A stretch of 64,000 nucleotides of DNA from the human T2T-CHM13v2.0 reference genome, Homo sapiens, in assembly GCF_009914755.1 (NCBI RefSeq), contig NC_060939.1. One strand, written 5' to 3'. The notes below the pieces were generated by a model. It was not told the origin of the DNA, searched no databases, and worked only from the letters and a program-made list of their open reading frames with translations. The position numbers and the translations under genes were made by a program. Positions 13,013 through 29,625 of the stretch are shown here, piece after piece. Numbering within the stretch: position 1 is the stretch's first letter; each line of letters starts with the position of its first letter.

Positions 13013-13881
13013 CTAAAGAACAGAAACCATATAAATAAAGACTTAGCATACTACCTCCACACAGTAAGTGTTTAAGAAATGTTAGAAATTATCACGACCA
13101 AAAAGTACACATACATAATAGTGAGTCTAACACAAATGGTATTCTCCCAGCCCCACAGGAGGAAATGCTGTACTTACTCCTTCTGCAGGAAAACCTAGCA
13201 GCACCCTAATACTGAGCAATTGCTTTACAACAAGGAGCTCTACTATTCGCTTTTTTCATCTCTGTTTTTCCTTGGGTTTTCAGATTTTGTTTATTGTGTT
13301 GTTGATTTTTAACCAAAAAGGAGGGGCAGGGCATTGTCATCTGGAAATACTTCGCAGTTTTATCTTTAGCAAAATCATCTCTGTAATGTTATGAATAAAA
13401 AGCTTCATAGTATCTCAGAACTAAAGACAATTAAATGCAAAAAGAACCTGACACGAGAAAATTTAAAAGGATCGGGAGAACGTTGAACTTCAAGGTGGTC
13501 TCAAATGGAGTTTTATTGACTAGGTTGCTGCTGCGAGCCATTGAGCTTTCATGTAATTTCACAGAAGAAAAGAAATCAATATCAAATTTCCTCCTTTGCT
13601 TACTTTTCTGCCCTTCCTATATATTGCACTTCCTGAGAGAAAGGCACCGCTAAAATAAGTAGTTGCTCCTTAATGGAAGTGGTGAAGAAACTGGCGCCCT
13701 CCTTTCCAGAAATGCAGTTATAACTAAAAGCTTTTGTCTCTGGGACTCTGAGCATTCATAACTGCCCAAGCTTTCACTCTGTGTAATTTGAACCTTAGCC
13801 TTGTGGCTTTGAACACATATATTAAACTTCTCACAAGGCAAATGGAAATCTCTTCTGGATTCCCCAGAGATCATTGTTTAA

Positions 13882-14370
<489 letters not shown>

Positions 14371-14834
14371 TAAAACTACAGCTATGATATTTTGTAGTGC
14401 AGAGCGATGTTCTTCTAGAAAATACTTTTGAAAGATAAGCAGAATTCCCAAAGATTCTAGGCATTATTTTGCACTTATAATGTATGTTTTAGCTCAGATC
14501 ATTTTTTCTATATAAATGAAACTCTTCTTCAAGGTATTATCTTGTCTGATTTTTGCATAATTATCTGCAACCAAAGGATAGAATGGATCTTTGGTTAGCA
14601 TATATTCTCAGAATTTCATATTTATTGTTTCTCTAGGATTCTATCCTTTGTTCTCTGGAGTCAAATAGAAGGATAACACAGATAGTTGGGCCCTCTGGCT
14701 TGGTTGGTTGATTGACATTTTGAGTCATCTTAATGACTACTCAATAATTGATAAGACTCATATTATTAATCCAAATTGGCACTGATACTGCCGAAATAGC
14801 TAGTCCAGGCACCCCACTCTATTGACAGTATTTA

Positions 14835-15087
<253 letters not shown>

Positions 15088-15549
15088 CTATAAATGATAT
15101 GAACTTAAAGTAAAAACAAAGGTGGATATTGATGCTGCCAAATATAATAACAACAATAATAAAAATATAACAATAATTATATGCCAAATATAGTAACTTT
15201 TTACTAGAAGTTGTTACTTTTATATAGCATCTTGTAATTTCACAAACTGTTTTCCCACACGTTTGTTTTCTTGATTCTCACACCAATTATCAATATCTTC
15301 TAACAAAAAGTAATGCAGTGAATTGAAGCTGAAGGGAATACTTTACAGCATGAATACCTCTCAAGGAGGTTTTGAAAGGATGAACCTTCCTGGCAGGGAG
15401 GGGATTGGAAATTCTAGACAGACAGAAGAACATAGGTGAAGACACCAAAACACAAAGTATCATGATATGAGGGGAATTACAGGTACTTTGATATTGCTGG
15501 AGCATAACATATGGTAGTAGAAGAGTGAATATTAACTAAGAAATAAGAG

Positions 15550-15755
15550 TCTAAAAACTGTTTCTGTGAAGTGCCAGACGGTAAATATTTCAGACTTTGC
15601 TCTTTTGCAAGTACTCAACTCTGCCATTGTAGCACAAAAAGCAGCCTTAGCCAATATGTAGACAAGTGAGCATGGCTGTGTTCCAATAAAACTTTATTTA
15701 TAGAAACTGAAGGCTGGCCAGATTTGGCCCATGGGCCATAGTTTGTTGACCCCTG
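15550..15755. mobile_element. MER58A-like hAT DNA transposon remnant
   Basis: CAACTCTGCCATTGTAGCAC...GGCTGTGTTCCAATAAAACTTTATTT...GTTTGTTGACCCCTG. Confidence 0.75.
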
Positions 15756-16029
15756 GATCCGATAATTCACACAAAAGGAGGGAGAAATCATTTGGCTTTT
15801 TAAGACGGGAAAATATTCACATTCATTATAATTTTAAAATTGAAAATTAAAACAACAAGATACTTCACTCATATTAAATTAGGAAAAAAGATACAAAACC
15901 CAGTGTTGGAAAAGATGGGAAATATTCTGCTTTAGGCATATTTATCCATTGCCAGGGGCCTTGGTTAGTATTAATACAATCTGAGAGTAATTTGGTAAAA
16001 GTTGACAAATGTCAAAATTTATCAGAGCA

Positions 16030-16160
16030 CAGGTGGGGCGTGGTGGCACATACTTGTAGTCCCAGCTACTTGGAAGGATTGCTTGAGCCCAGGAGTTCAA
16101 GGCTGCAGTGCCACTGCACTCCCACCTGGGTGACAGAGCGAGGCCCTGCCTCTAAAAACA
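16030..16160 (+). mobile_element. FRAM/AluJ right-arm fragment
   Basis: GTAGTCCCAGCTACT...GCTTGAGCCCAGGAGTTCAAGGCTGCAGTG. Confidence 0.75.
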
Positions 16161-16969
16161 ATTTGTTTAAATAACTTATTACAAACTTCGACAAGGTGGG
16201 GAGAAGCCTGTATTGGGATAGCATTGAGTATATAAGTAAAAGAAACACTTCAAGTAAGAAACCAACCCGAAGTCTTGTGATATAGAGATAAAACATATCA
16301 AAATAAATATTGCCACTCGGACTATAGAAATATGAAGAAGTCTATATAAATTAGTGTGAAAAAGTAGAACTTGCAACAGTATGTACACATTGGTAGCAGC
16401 TATACAAAATTAATCCTGTGTCAATAGTAATATAGAAAGAGCTTGTAAACTATGGCTTGGTTTTAGGTGCTTTTTTTGTGGTTTGCTATTTTGTTTCTGA
16501 TTCTACCGATGTTTAGATATAAACAAGGTAAACAATGTTATGTTTTACTTTCATTGTGCACTTGATCGGATAAGTAATCCTTTAAAATATTGAAAATAAT
16601 GCAGAGTAAGTTCCTTCAGCAGGAGTTTTGCTAGTGTGAGGCAAAGGTGTTGAGATGTGAAGGCACATCAAAGATGTCCCAATGGAGAGGTGACACCCAT
16701 AGAGAGACGGGACAATGTTCCTGTTATGGATACTAACAGATGTTCTTTATTTCTCTCTCTGCTCCCATTCCAGCTTAGCTTTTAACCCCTCCATCTTTGT
16801 AGCCACTAAATCCAGATTTCCTTTTTCAGTTTTTTAAGTAGAGTTACCTGTTTCTATTCCCAAAAGTTTCATAAAGATAAAAAATCTTGAGCACGTTTAG
16901 TAAAGCCTTTTAGAATGGTGCACCTTGCAGTAGCAGGGAGCCCGAGTTTCAGTGAAAGAACAGCCTCTA

Positions 16970-17305
16970 TTTATATTTATTTATTTAATTTTTTTGCTTT
17001 TGTAGAGATGGGGGTCTCACTCTGTTGCCAGGTTGGAGTGCAGTGGTGGGATCATAGCTCAATGCAGCCTCAACCTCCTTGGGTTCAAGCAGTCCTCCCA
17101 CCTCAACCTCCCCTGTGGCTGGGACCACTACAACTGGCAAAAACCGCCACAATTAGCTAATTTTTTCTTTTCCTTTTTTATTTTTTGTAGAGACAGGGTC
17201 TCCCTATGTTGCCTGGGTTGGTCTTGAACTCCTGGGCTCAAGTGAGTCTCCCACCTCAGCCTCCCAAAGTGCTGGGATTAGAGGTGTGAGCCACAGCTCC
17301 TGGCC
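16970..17305 (-). mobile_element. AluJ
   Basis: Diverged dimer with J-type CTCCTGGGCTCAAG. Confidence 0.85.
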
Positions 17306-18001
17306 AGCCCCTATTTACTGAGCACTCTTTATGGTCAGGCCCAGAAGTGAGCACCTTATGTACATCATTTCATTGAGTCATAACAGTACCATTCCAAGGT
17401 ATGGACTTTACCCTCATTTTACCAATGAGGATAATAAAGTTCAAATAATTTAAATAACTGTACAAATAACGCAATTGACAGTGAGAGAGACAGAATGCAA
17501 ATCCAGTTCTGACTTCAAAACCCACAAGCACCGGGGAGGAACCATATTGCCAGATGGATAAAAAGGAGGGAGTCCTAGGCTCCAGAGACTAGGGAAAGTA
17601 GTATATTGACTGTCCTTCCCTTGTTCACTCCCCTAACATAGTGAGGCGCAGCTCTTTGGCCAATCGTTAATACCCGCGTGGCTGGTAAACTACCCAGGCA
17701 AAAGGACAAAGTGGTAGGGGCTGACTCTAGAAAAGGCTTACTCGGATGCCCCTGCCCTTCCCCAGCCCTCTGCTGTCTATGGCTGGCTGCCACCTCCTGG
17801 AAGAAACGAGCATCTGGAGCCAGGCTGTGCCCACCTGGGCAAACACATATGAGTGTGCACTCACACGCTCACTCAGAACTGTATATTTGAGGCATGTGAG
17901 GCTTTACAGAGCGCCCAAAATCTCTTGATATACAAAACTCTGCTCAAAAGAAAAAAAGGGGAAAACTTGTGCTTATGAACTTGCTTTAAAAAGTAATAAT
18001 T

Positions 18002-18297
18002 AGCCAGGCACAGTGGCTCATGCCTGTAATCCCACCACTTAGGGAGGCCGAGGCAGGAGTATCCCTCAAGTCCAGGACTTCGAGACCAACTGGACAACAT
18101 GGTGAGTCCTTGTGTCCACAAAAATATATATATTTTTAAATTGCCAGGCACAGCAGTGCACACCTGTGGCCACAGCTACCCAGGAGCCCGATGCAGGAGG
18201 ATTGCTTGAGCCTAGGAGTTCAAGGCTGCAGTGAGTTAGGATCACATTACTGCACTCCAGTCTGGGCGACAGAGCAAGATCCTGTCTCAAAAAAAAT
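18002..18297 (+). mobile_element. AluJ
   Basis: Diverged dimer with J-type right arm. Confidence 0.85.
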
Positions 18298-18356
18298 AGT
18301 AGTTATTAATTTTTTGAATTGGAGACTCTAAGATGAGCCATGCCTCTCTCCAGTAA

Positions 18357-18820
<464 letters not shown>

Positions 18821-19709
18821 TGTACAAACTTTTCTATTCCATTTAAGAAGGTCCACTCCTCACCCCAAAGCTCCCCAAAACATTCTGTGGACCTCTTAGA
18901 AATTACAGATCCCAGGTTAAGAAATACTGCTTTAAATTAACCTCTCAAATTCTGCTGGCCTTGCTGATAGCAGCGTTAACAAATCTCCTGAAATCCCAGC
19001 AAGGACAGGCAGATAGATGCCTACATTTTGTTGCTTTTGTTCACAAAGATCTTTTCTTCCCCTGCTACTGGGACCAAGACATTAACTGTAACATTTTCAA
19101 GAACAAATAGTACTTTCAGTGCTTTTCTGGAGTCTCAGCCACACCCTTGGGCCAACTTTACAAATGCCGAGGAGAAAGAAAAAGAAAACAGAGTTGAGAG
19201 CGATTTCTCCTGGGGCTCAGGGGGTCCCCGCCATTCTTGCAGCCCAAGCAGCTGCGCTCCTGCAGAACCTTTTTGGAGCTGAGTGGCGGTGAGACTTTCT
19301 CCAGCTAGCAAACATTCAGCAAGTGTCTGCTCTTAGAGGAGCAGAAATTTTGGGGTTTCAGTGGCTAAAGATTTCCATCCTGGGAGCCTGTATTAGAAAG
19401 AAAGAGAAACGCCCCAGAGCACCAACAGTGGCCACTTTGTTTATTGTTTCGCCACATGAGAGAGAAGGGGAGAAGTGGGCTGATGTAAGAGAATGAGAAT
19501 GCCGTGGAAGATTTGCTTTTAAGCATATAAAACCCTGCCTACGCCATAAGACCAAAAAAAGATATTTTGTCTGTCTTAACAGAGTCCAAACTAATCATCC
19601 AAACAAAGCCACCTTTCTTCATCAACTCCTGGCCACTACAACACTTAAGTTATAATTCTTCTGTGTTTTTAACCCTTAAACAGTTAAGCTCCTCTGGAAG
19701 CAATGTCGC

Positions 19710-19741
<32 letters not shown>

Positions 19742-19956
19742 CTTTTTTTTTTTTTAAGTTTGGAAGGCAATATCACAATCCAAGACAAAGGGGAGCATTT
19801 AATGGGAGGAGAGGCTGCGCGGCAGATTTTTTCTGGTGAATGTCAAGATGCAGTTCTTCAGTAAATAGGAAAGCCAGAAAATGTGCAACATGAAACCAGG
19901 CAAAGGGGCCCAGCTGGAATGATTAAAGGCAATGATCCCCACATCCCCCACCTTCT

Positions 19957-19993
<37 letters not shown>
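19710..19993. repeat. Two (CA)n microsatellites (~19710-19742 and 19958-19993)
   Basis: Read directly. Confidence 0.95.
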
Positions 19994-19996
<3 letters not shown>

Positions 19997-21391
19997 TAGT
20001 CACATATGCAGTGAAGGAGTAGTTCCAGTTTTGTCCCTGCAAATAGGAATGAGAATAAAATTTTAATCACAGCAAGAGCCTTTCCAAAATAAAAAGTCAA
20101 CGATACTCAGCCAAAACAAATTCACCTGCGTTTCCCAAAGGTCTTTCTTTCACTTTGCATCTCCAACGTAAGTCCTTAAAGAAATCAGTTAACAAAGTCT
20201 AAGGGACATGTTGCACCCTAAATGTCTTGGATTGCCTTCTTATTATGAATGAAGAGACTGAGTAATTCAGACTGCACATCCATGTGGTATCATGCTGTTC
20301 TCATTGTTCTAGGGAAACCAGTACCATCTTTTTTTAAATCTTTGCCTCCAGGACAGCAAGGCTCAGTGATCTATGTGTTCAATTTTGTCCAGCTTAGTGA
20401 AATTAAAGACATCCAAGAATTTGTGAAAGCCCTCAGACAGGACACTTTAGAACAGGAACCTGCCTCTGTGGCGATAAGCACACAATGAACGCAGTCAGTG
20501 CCCACAGACCAGTTGAAAATGGAAAGCCTCAGACTTGCTTTGTGCTATTATCAAGGGGCATCACCCGTGTACTCTAGGAGGGTGAACTCAGCCTCATAAA
20601 ATACATCCTTTCACTTTAGAAACAGGCACCTCGGGTCCCAGGATGGTCAAATAAAACCTTTGAGTACTGCCCACAGCATTTATCCCCACACTGACTTAGT
20701 GTCCCACTCTGTTCACCTGAATTGTACTTAAAGTCTGTTTCTAAAGTACATTTGCTAGCCAACCCAGCTCAGCAACCATAGGAAATGGGTTTGTCTGTCT
20801 ACTTCGTGATTCTGCCCTTTGGCTCTGATGCAAATGTGAACCCATTAATCACACTGGAATGAAGTGAAGGACCCTCTTGTCTGGAGTATCACATCTCCCC
20901 TATAACTCTCACTAGTTAACGGACATTAAGTGCTGGTTTTTTCCTGTCCCCACAGAGATTTCCTGTAATACAATCATGTATCTCAAAATTCAAACACCTA
21001 CACCCACAAACTGATGGCTTATAGGCTTTATAAGTGGTTAAAGAAATGACAATAAGAAATAGAGTTGGTTTCATATAAAATACATGGGAATTTATAAATT
21101 CAAAAGATTGTTCTCCTTTAGGGTAAACTGGGCTTCTTTAAAACAACTTTGTTTTTGACAAAATATTCAAAATATTATGAAGGTGTGTCTTTTGGAGTTA
21201 AAGAGTGCACTGATGCATAATGTGGTCACTTAAAAGCCAAAGCTCATTTAGAAAAAAAAAAAAAAAAAACCGAAAACAGGTCTTACTTAGTCACCCACTT
21301 TATTCACTCAAGCTCACTCTAAGCAATGTATATCTACTTCCAAAAATTCTTCAGAGAATACTTGGAATTTTAAAGATATTTAAAACAGTTT

Positions 21392-21708
21392 GGCCAGGTG
21401 TGGTGGCTCACACCTGTAATCTTTGTACTTTGGGAGGCCAAGGTAGGCGGATCACTTGAGGTCAAGAGTTTGAGACCAGCCTGGCCAACATCGTGAAACC
21501 CCATCTCTAGTAAAAATACAAAAATTAGCTGGGCATGGTGGTGCACATCTGTAATCCCAGCTATTAGGGAGGCTGAGGCAGGAGAATTGCTTGAACCGGG
21601 AGGTGGAGGTTGCAGTGAGCCAAGATTGTGCCATTGCACTACAACCTGGGTGACAGAGCAACCCTCCGTCTCAATAAATAAATAAATGAATAAATAAATA
21701 AACAAACA
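21392..21708 (+). mobile_element. AluS with (AAAT)n tail
   Basis: TSD TAAAACAGTTTG. Confidence 0.9.
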
Positions 21709-22432
21709 GTAAAACAGTTTGTCATACAGGTGTCTATATTACTGAGCAAGACAGCAATTGGTGTAATGAATATATTACTTCTACCACTGTTTTTTTTTTT
21801 AAATAACTCTGGTTCTTTTAAAGGCTATTTGGCAAATATGTTGTAAATTTTTTTGGGAATTCCATTTTTTTAAATGTGTGTGCACCTCTGGAAGGAACGA
21901 ACAACTGGCCTACCAAGTTAATCCACCTTGACAAATAATAGTAGGACAACTTCAGCTTGCACATCCACAGAGAGTACACCATTTAGGTAAGTGGTGATCA
22001 AACTGTAAAGTTCTTAAGAATCAACTGGGTGCTGGTTAAAATACAGATTTCTAGGACTGTTCCTAGAGGTTTTGATTCTGAGGTGAGGCCTAGGAATCTA
22101 CAGCTTAACAAACCTTCCAAGTGATTCTGACACAGAGTTCATGAACCACACAGCTGATTAAACCTACTTGGACTCGTTGCATTGAGTAACAGGTTCTGTG
22201 CTCTATAGCTTAGACCAGATGGTTGTGTTAGTGCGTGTTAAGGAATGAGGTCACCTCTTCCTAGAGGCTAGGCTAGGGAAGGTTACACTGTCTATACGTT
22301 TGATGATATTCCGTTCTGGGGAATTTTGTTTTCAATGTAGTCACTCTATATTCTGGGATAGATATTTGGTATAATCCTCTCTTCTCCTCTCTGCCTCCCC
22401 CATTCTCATCTCCTAAAGAAGAAGGGCTTTAT

Positions 22433-22735
<303 letters not shown>

Positions 22736-22920
22736 AAGAAGAAGAAGGGCTTTTACCAGAGGGCACATGGAGGTCCTGAACATCTTTGCTTACATCACCC
22801 TTTGCACACACAAGCAGTGAGAGAGTGGCCTGCATTCTCTCTCTTATCTGGAGGCAGCAAGGTCATCCTGGAGGCAGCAAGATCTAATCTATTTGCCCCT
22901 CAAATGCATTCAACACTCTA

Positions 22921-23445
22921 GGCAGTGGTTCTCAGCCTTGGCTGCACATTGGACTACACCACCAAGAATTTTACGAAGTTCTGAAGACTGGGTCTCAGCT
23001 CCAGAGATTCTGAATTAATTGGTGCCGGACAGGGCTTGGGGGTCAGAAGTTTTAAGATCTCTTCCAAATGCTTCCAACAAGGCTAAGGTTGAGAATCACT
23101 CTAGCAGCAGTTGGCAAACTTTTTCTGAAAAGGGCCAGGTAGGAAATATTTTAGCCTTTGCAGGTTATATAGTTTCTGTTACAGCTACTCAATTCTGCTG
23201 TTGTAGCTAGAAAAACAGCCATAGGCAATCCATAAACAAATGGATGTGCTTGTGTGCCAGTAACACTTATGGACACTGAAATTTGAATTCCATATGATTT
23301 TCATGTGTCACAAAATATTCTTTTGGGGTGTTTTTTCCAACCATTTAAAAATTGTCAAAACCATTCTTGGCTGACAAGGTGGCAAAATCGAAATCAGGTA
23401 GCAGGTGGGATTTGGCCTGCAGGCTGTTGTTCTCTGACTCTTGCT
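22921..23445. mobile_element. Adjacent MER5A-like and MER58-like hAT remnants
   Basis: CAGTGGTTCTCA...TGAGAATCACT (to ~23102), followed directly by CAGTTGGCAAACTTTTTCTG...; another MER5-like copy at ~21995-22150. Confidence 0.7.
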
Positions 23446-24126
23446 CTAAAGCAAACCGGAAACAAATGTAAGAGGCTTTGGGGTCGTGGTCAGTTATTAG
23501 CTTGTGCATGGTGCAAAGCTTATTAGAGTGTAATCTTTTGCAAGGATTGTTTATACATATTTTGAACTTTGTCTTGTTCGGTTTCTTGGTACAGGAAGTT
23601 GGGTATTATAAGAAAGGGGTCTTTCCCTATGTCAGTATAAGAATTATGGGACTCCCTTTACGCTGTAAATTATTGTTTTTCCATTCTTTTATTCTAACAG
23701 CACTCAGTAGAGGCAGATGGAAACAAATTATTTTTTCCTTTTAATTATCATCTAACCTTCATTAAGTGATACTATGTACATGAAACAGTGCAAAGTGTTT
23801 GGGCAAGCAATACAGAAATAAACAAAAGTGCAAAATTATAGTAACTGTTAAAATTTGATGGCTTTATCTATAACTCTACTTTCTAATGATAATAGAAAGT
23901 GAGGAAAAGCTAGTCAGGTAGACTCTGCAGTTAGCCAGAGTTCAAAATCTAGCTGTCTCTTACAATCTCTGTCACCCTGAACAAGTTTTTAAAGCTCTCT
24001 ATGTCTCAATTCCTTAAATATAAAAAGTAAGAATAATAATAGTGCTTTGAACAGTACCTCAGTAAATGCTAGCCATTATTATTGCTTTATCCTTATAATG
24101 GCTATCTACTTTAAGAACTGGGTCTA

Positions 24127-24427
24127 GGCCGGGTGCAGTGGCTCATGCCTGTAATCCCAGCACTTTGGGAGGCCGAGACAGGCAGATTGCCTGAGCTCAG
24201 GAGTTTGAGAGCAGACTGTGCAACATGGCAAAACCCTGTCTCTACAAAAAATACAAAAGTTAGCCAGGTGTGTTTGCTTGCACCTGTAGTCCCAGCTACT
24301 TGGGGAGGCTGAGGTGGGAGGATTGCTTGAGCCCGGGAGGTTAAGGCTGCAATTAACTGAGATTGTGCCACTGCACTCCAGCCTGGGCCAGGAAGTGAGA
24401 CTGTGTCTCAAAAAAAAAAAAAAAAAA
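24127..24427 (+). mobile_element. AluJb-like
   Basis: TSD AAGAACTGGGTCTA. Confidence 0.9.
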
Positions 24428-25844
24428 GAACTGGGTCTAACCTAATTTGTACAACACCTATTACCCAGCAAAGTATTCTCTGTGTTATAACTGGAATGCT
24501 ATAGTTAATATGTTATATAGTAGGTCAAATTATGTCTATCATGTGTATAGTAACGGATGGTATAAGTTTCTATAAAGGCAGAATACATGTCTGGCTTTCT
24601 TCAGATATTGCATGGTACCTAGTAGGCTGCCTTGGAAATACAATGTATTCAACATACAAATGTTAGGTAGTGCTATGTCATCAAAACAAAGTGTAACCCT
24701 TGTCTCCCTATATAAATCCAATCCCCCTTCAGGACAGAGGTACTCATTCCTCCAGTTGCTGGGATGCTCACTTCTCATGGATCACAGCTGAGTTCCTTAC
24801 ACAGAAATTGTGCTCTCTAGGGGAAGTTGCCCTGCCCATGTTATGACCCCTCCCCAGCAGCAGCAGGCATCCAACGACCTGACTGGTCAATATGGGGTTC
24901 CAAGGCCTGGTCCCCGTACCTCAATATGGGGTGACTCTGAAGTGCCATCCTAGCTCCAGAACTGCCCATGGAGTCTGCTGTGACTTCATTGCTTTTCAGC
25001 CTCTCCCTCTGCCAGGCCCTGCTTCCCTTACTCCCTTGACAGTTGATTTCAAGAGCCCTCCTAGTAAACCTTTTGCATTCAACTCTCCATCTCAGAACAT
25101 GTTTCAATATCCAGCCTGAGACGTGCTAACAAGCTGCTGCCAGAGTTATGCCCCCTTAAACTTGCATACACTTAACTAGATGATGTCTTTCAAGAACCTA
25201 TTTTGTCACAGACAACAGTGAAAAAAATCATTTTCAGAGAATTTCTCATAAGAGACACAGATGATCTGGATCAAAAACACCCATTTTTTAATTGTTCAAA
25301 CATACACTACAGTACACATTTCCTAAAGTAAGTGCAGCTCTCAAAAACTGCAACTCAATCACATATAATTAAAGGGACCAGAGCTGTGCACTTACTCTAC
25401 AAGGCATTTCTCAGCTTCCCTACTGAGAACACCAGCAGGAAATGGAATAAATCTGCCTGGCAGGTAGAGAGATGCACCAACTGTCCTGCATTTACTTTGG
25501 CCACAAAGCTCTCCTTTTACCAATGAAAAGACTATCTCTGGATGAGATTAGTTTTTGATGAGTTTTGGGTGCCTCCCGTCTAGCTCACTCTTCCCAAAAG
25601 GAATTATATCATTTTTTTTCTAGCTATTTAGGATGTAGCATAGTTAAAACTCACTGTTCTCACATTCCCTGATATTCCCATTTTCCTTTCTTAAAAGCAA
25701 AAACAAAACAATTAAAACTTGCAGATGCTTTGGGGGACTTTCTGGGGAACCACCTGCTCAAAAATAAGGAGCCTCCATGTAATCTGTGGTCCAAATTACG
25801 TGGAGACCTCATTTTAAAATCACTGGATAGGCTTCCCTTGCACA

Positions 25845-26185
25845 TGCAGGCCTCAAAGTGCAGTCCTCGGACCAGCAGCATTAGCATCGCCTGGAACTCA
25901 TTAGATATGCAAATTATTGAATCAAAAAACTCTGGGGCTGGGGTCCAATATTACGTGTTTGTTTGTTTGTTTGTTTCAGAGACAAGGGCTCACTATGTTG
26001 CCCAGGCTGGAGTGGAGTGGCTATTCACAAGTATGTGATTATCACACGCTACAGCCTCAAACTCCTGAGCTCAAGTGATCCTCCCATCTAAGCCTCCCAA
26101 GTAGTGGGGACTACAGGTGCATGCCACCACCCCCAGCTAACATTCTCTGTTTTAAGAAGCCTTTGCATACTAAAGTTTGAGAACT
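25845..26185. mobile_element. MER5A-like element interrupted by a FRAM/AluJ arm (~25957-26140, -)
   Basis: CTCAAAGTG...ACCAGCAGCATTAGCATC...AAAGTTTGAGAACTACT flanking an Alu arm. Confidence 0.7.
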
Positions 26186-26803
26186 ACTATCTCACACATT
26201 TTTTTTCTCCTTAGAAATCACAAAAGGACATTAAAGTATCTTTTCCTACAGATTTATGAGTATCTTTATGAAGACCTTCCAGAGAGAATTCACAAAAAAG
26301 GAATCTGGCATCTTAAACCCAGGATTAAACATTTCCTTATTCTGACCCTTCTGGCTTTCAGCACTTCCCCAAGATTTGTTCCTTAAAATTATTCCACTTT
26401 GGTTGACCCATAATGCACAAGAGGCAGGGCAGATCTGATTTCCAGTTCTACCACCTATTGACTTGCTAGATGACCTTGGTAAATTTTTTAATTTCTCTAA
26501 GTCTCAATATTCTTATGGACAAAACAGGGTTAATAGTAATATCTATTTTATAAATGTTAAATTTTGTGATGACAAAGTTGATAAGTCGCTATAAATTAAT
26601 AATAAACTGCTATTTCAACAGCCTGCTAATAGATGAAACCATGTTTGATCTCTTCAACTAGAAAGAGGTTAAAGCTCATCCAGTTCCACATGATTGAGAA
26701 ATCCTTCCCTTCATCTGAATCAACTTGTGGACCCCAAGGCTGTCTGAACCAAATGAGTATCTTCATGAAATTTATTTTTATTCCTTTGTTCAAAAATATA
26801 CCT

Positions 26804-27185
<382 letters not shown>

Positions 27186-29417
27186 TGGCACCCATAAGCC
27201 AAACACTCTCCTGTTGAGCCAGGGACCTGACCTAATTGTCCAAGAGCTTCTTGTTTTGGAATTTGGCCAGGTTTAGCACGTCAAATCCTATGTTTTAGAT
27301 TCTCTAGGTCTTTTCTGCTTTTCTCTAACCAGCAGTGACCATGGAAAGTTCAAGACCTCCAGGATCATCTCAAGATCTGTGATCCAGGCCTGAGAAGCCT
27401 AGAAACCTCTCCGTTATTCGATAAATTATTATCAACCCAACTATGTTCTAGAAACTGTGGCTCTGAATCCTTCCAGCTCCAGGGACTGGGCTTCTGAGGA
27501 AAACCTTCAAGCCCAAAAATGATGGATGATGGAGCCCTTGTGGTTGCTCCACTGAAAAAAGACCTTAGGGAAACCAATCCCTTCCAGGCCAGACATCCCC
27601 CAGGGCACACTCTGAGCTTTCTCAGGAGGCTGCCATTCAACTGCAGCTTCTGTGCTTCCCAGAACAATGGTTCAAAAGGCCTATTCTTACTTGCATTGTA
27701 AAATGATTAAGACTAGAGGCTGGCCACTGTATCTATCAAAATCAAAATTAGAAATCCAGGCTTAAGGAAAGCAAAAAGGGGCCACCAAAGAGAGATACTA
27801 GAATGTATTTTCATCTGACTCTGCATGATGAAGAAGGCCTGGGAAGAAATCACTGGAGAAAGCTATTTCATTCAGCAATCAGAGCTAAAAATACACATGC
27901 ATAGGCTTTCACATTCATGTGTTTTAATCTCTGAATTAATTTGTTTCTCTTCAAACACTTGAAGCCATCTATTACCATCTATATTTCAACATGGACAGAT
28001 ATATAACTATTCTTGCTTAGGCTAGTGAATGTGTATGTATTGCCTGATTGAGGAGCTGTGTTTGTGTAATAATATCTGCACATCTGTATGTTTCTATAGA
28101 TTTATATGGATAAATTAGCAGGCCCTGCTTTTAGCCACAACATATTTTTAGAAACCACTTCATAATGTAGATCATATTTTCCATGGAAAAGATGCTATAA
28201 TTGGGAGTTTCATTCCTGACCAAGGACTCCTCAGCAAATGAAATATAGAAACTGCCAACAGCTTGTCATGGAACGAAAACTATGACTATTTTATATACCT
28301 CTATAAATATCTAAAACTCTAAAACAATGCCCTAAGTCCTATAAAAGGGGCCCAAATATATACAGTACCTATACATGGAGTCTCAAAGTTTAGAAATGTT
28401 CAACAACCACATAAAAATACAGCTCAATTGAACTATGTTCTACAATTAACTCACTGCTATAATAACATCAAACATTTGATTAACAATTTTGCAAATATTA
28501 GATTTTAGTAGAGCATATTTAGGGATAATTTAAATAGTCCAAAGAAATTGATCTAATGTCTTCTTTTCCTTTTGAGGTGGAAATCTATTTTTTACTGTAT
28601 CTACTACCTTCATTTTACAAGCTTCTTTTTCCACCTGATTTTTCTTGTCCTTGTCCTTCCCCCATTTCCCCCTACTCTTCCCTTCTCCTACTCCCCCATC
28701 TCATCCCCTTTTCCCTACCCACTCCCCTTCTCAATACAGGATTACCATGGAACTACCATATTGCCACAATACAGTGCTGTCCTGGTTAAAGATGTCTGGT
28801 CCAGGGTAAAGCCTCAATCGCCATATTTACTGGAAATTAGTATTTGGAACTAAGAGAACCAGAGATGGGGGTGTCCCTGCACTCCTGCTGCCAAGGCCTC
28901 AGAAGACCTGGCCCCTGTCCTTTATTAGTTTGATTGTTTACTGCTCCTCAGGTTCCATGAGCTGCCCCAATATCCTTTCAAGGAATTCCCTTTTTTGCTT
29001 AAGCTAGGCAATCATTTTCTGTTACTTAAAACCCAGAAGTAAATATGCCTAGGGCAAGCAGATGAACTGAAAATTATTCCCTCTATCTTAAGGCTCAAAT
29101 CAAAGCAATTACTGCTCAGACTCAATGACCTACAAAATGTGCCCAACAAGTGGCAAAAGCATGTTACAAATTAATATGCACCACAGGATCTCACTTTAGT
29201 TTTTAAACATGCGATTAGAAAAACCATATATCAAACTGTTACTACGGGTTATCTCCAGTGATTTGCCTTTTTTAAAAGTTTATTTTACTTACCAATTTCT
29301 ACAATAAGCCAGATTTACTTTTCATAATCAGAAAAGGAATGCAAAAAAAAATTAAGAATTAGATATGGCCCAGAGGATTGACCTTACCAATGATAACGGT
29401 CATGGTGATGTGTGATT

Positions 29418-29611
29418 TCTTTCTTTTTTTTTTTTCTTTTCCTTTTTTTTTCGAGACAGAGTTGTGCTCTGTCTCCCAGGCTAGAGTGCAGTGGCGCTAG
29501 CTCAGCTCACTGCAACCGCTGCCTCCTGGGTTCAAGCGATTCTCCCCTCAGCCTTCCCAGTAGCTGAGATTACAGGCATGCACCATCATGCCCAGCTAAT
29601 TTTTGTATTTT
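29418..29611 (-). mobile_element. Alu right arm plus tail (first half of an Alu split by the L1PB)
   Basis: T-tail then GAGACAGAG...GCTAATTTTTGTATTTT, stopping at the Alu central A-rich linker. Confidence 0.9.
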
Positions 29612-29625
29612 TTTTGAAGTCTGTG

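Noticed and set aside
19500-19560. TATAAAA (19526) in a repeat-poor stretch as an internal promoter
   Set aside because: A single short motif without a CpG island or other supporting elements.
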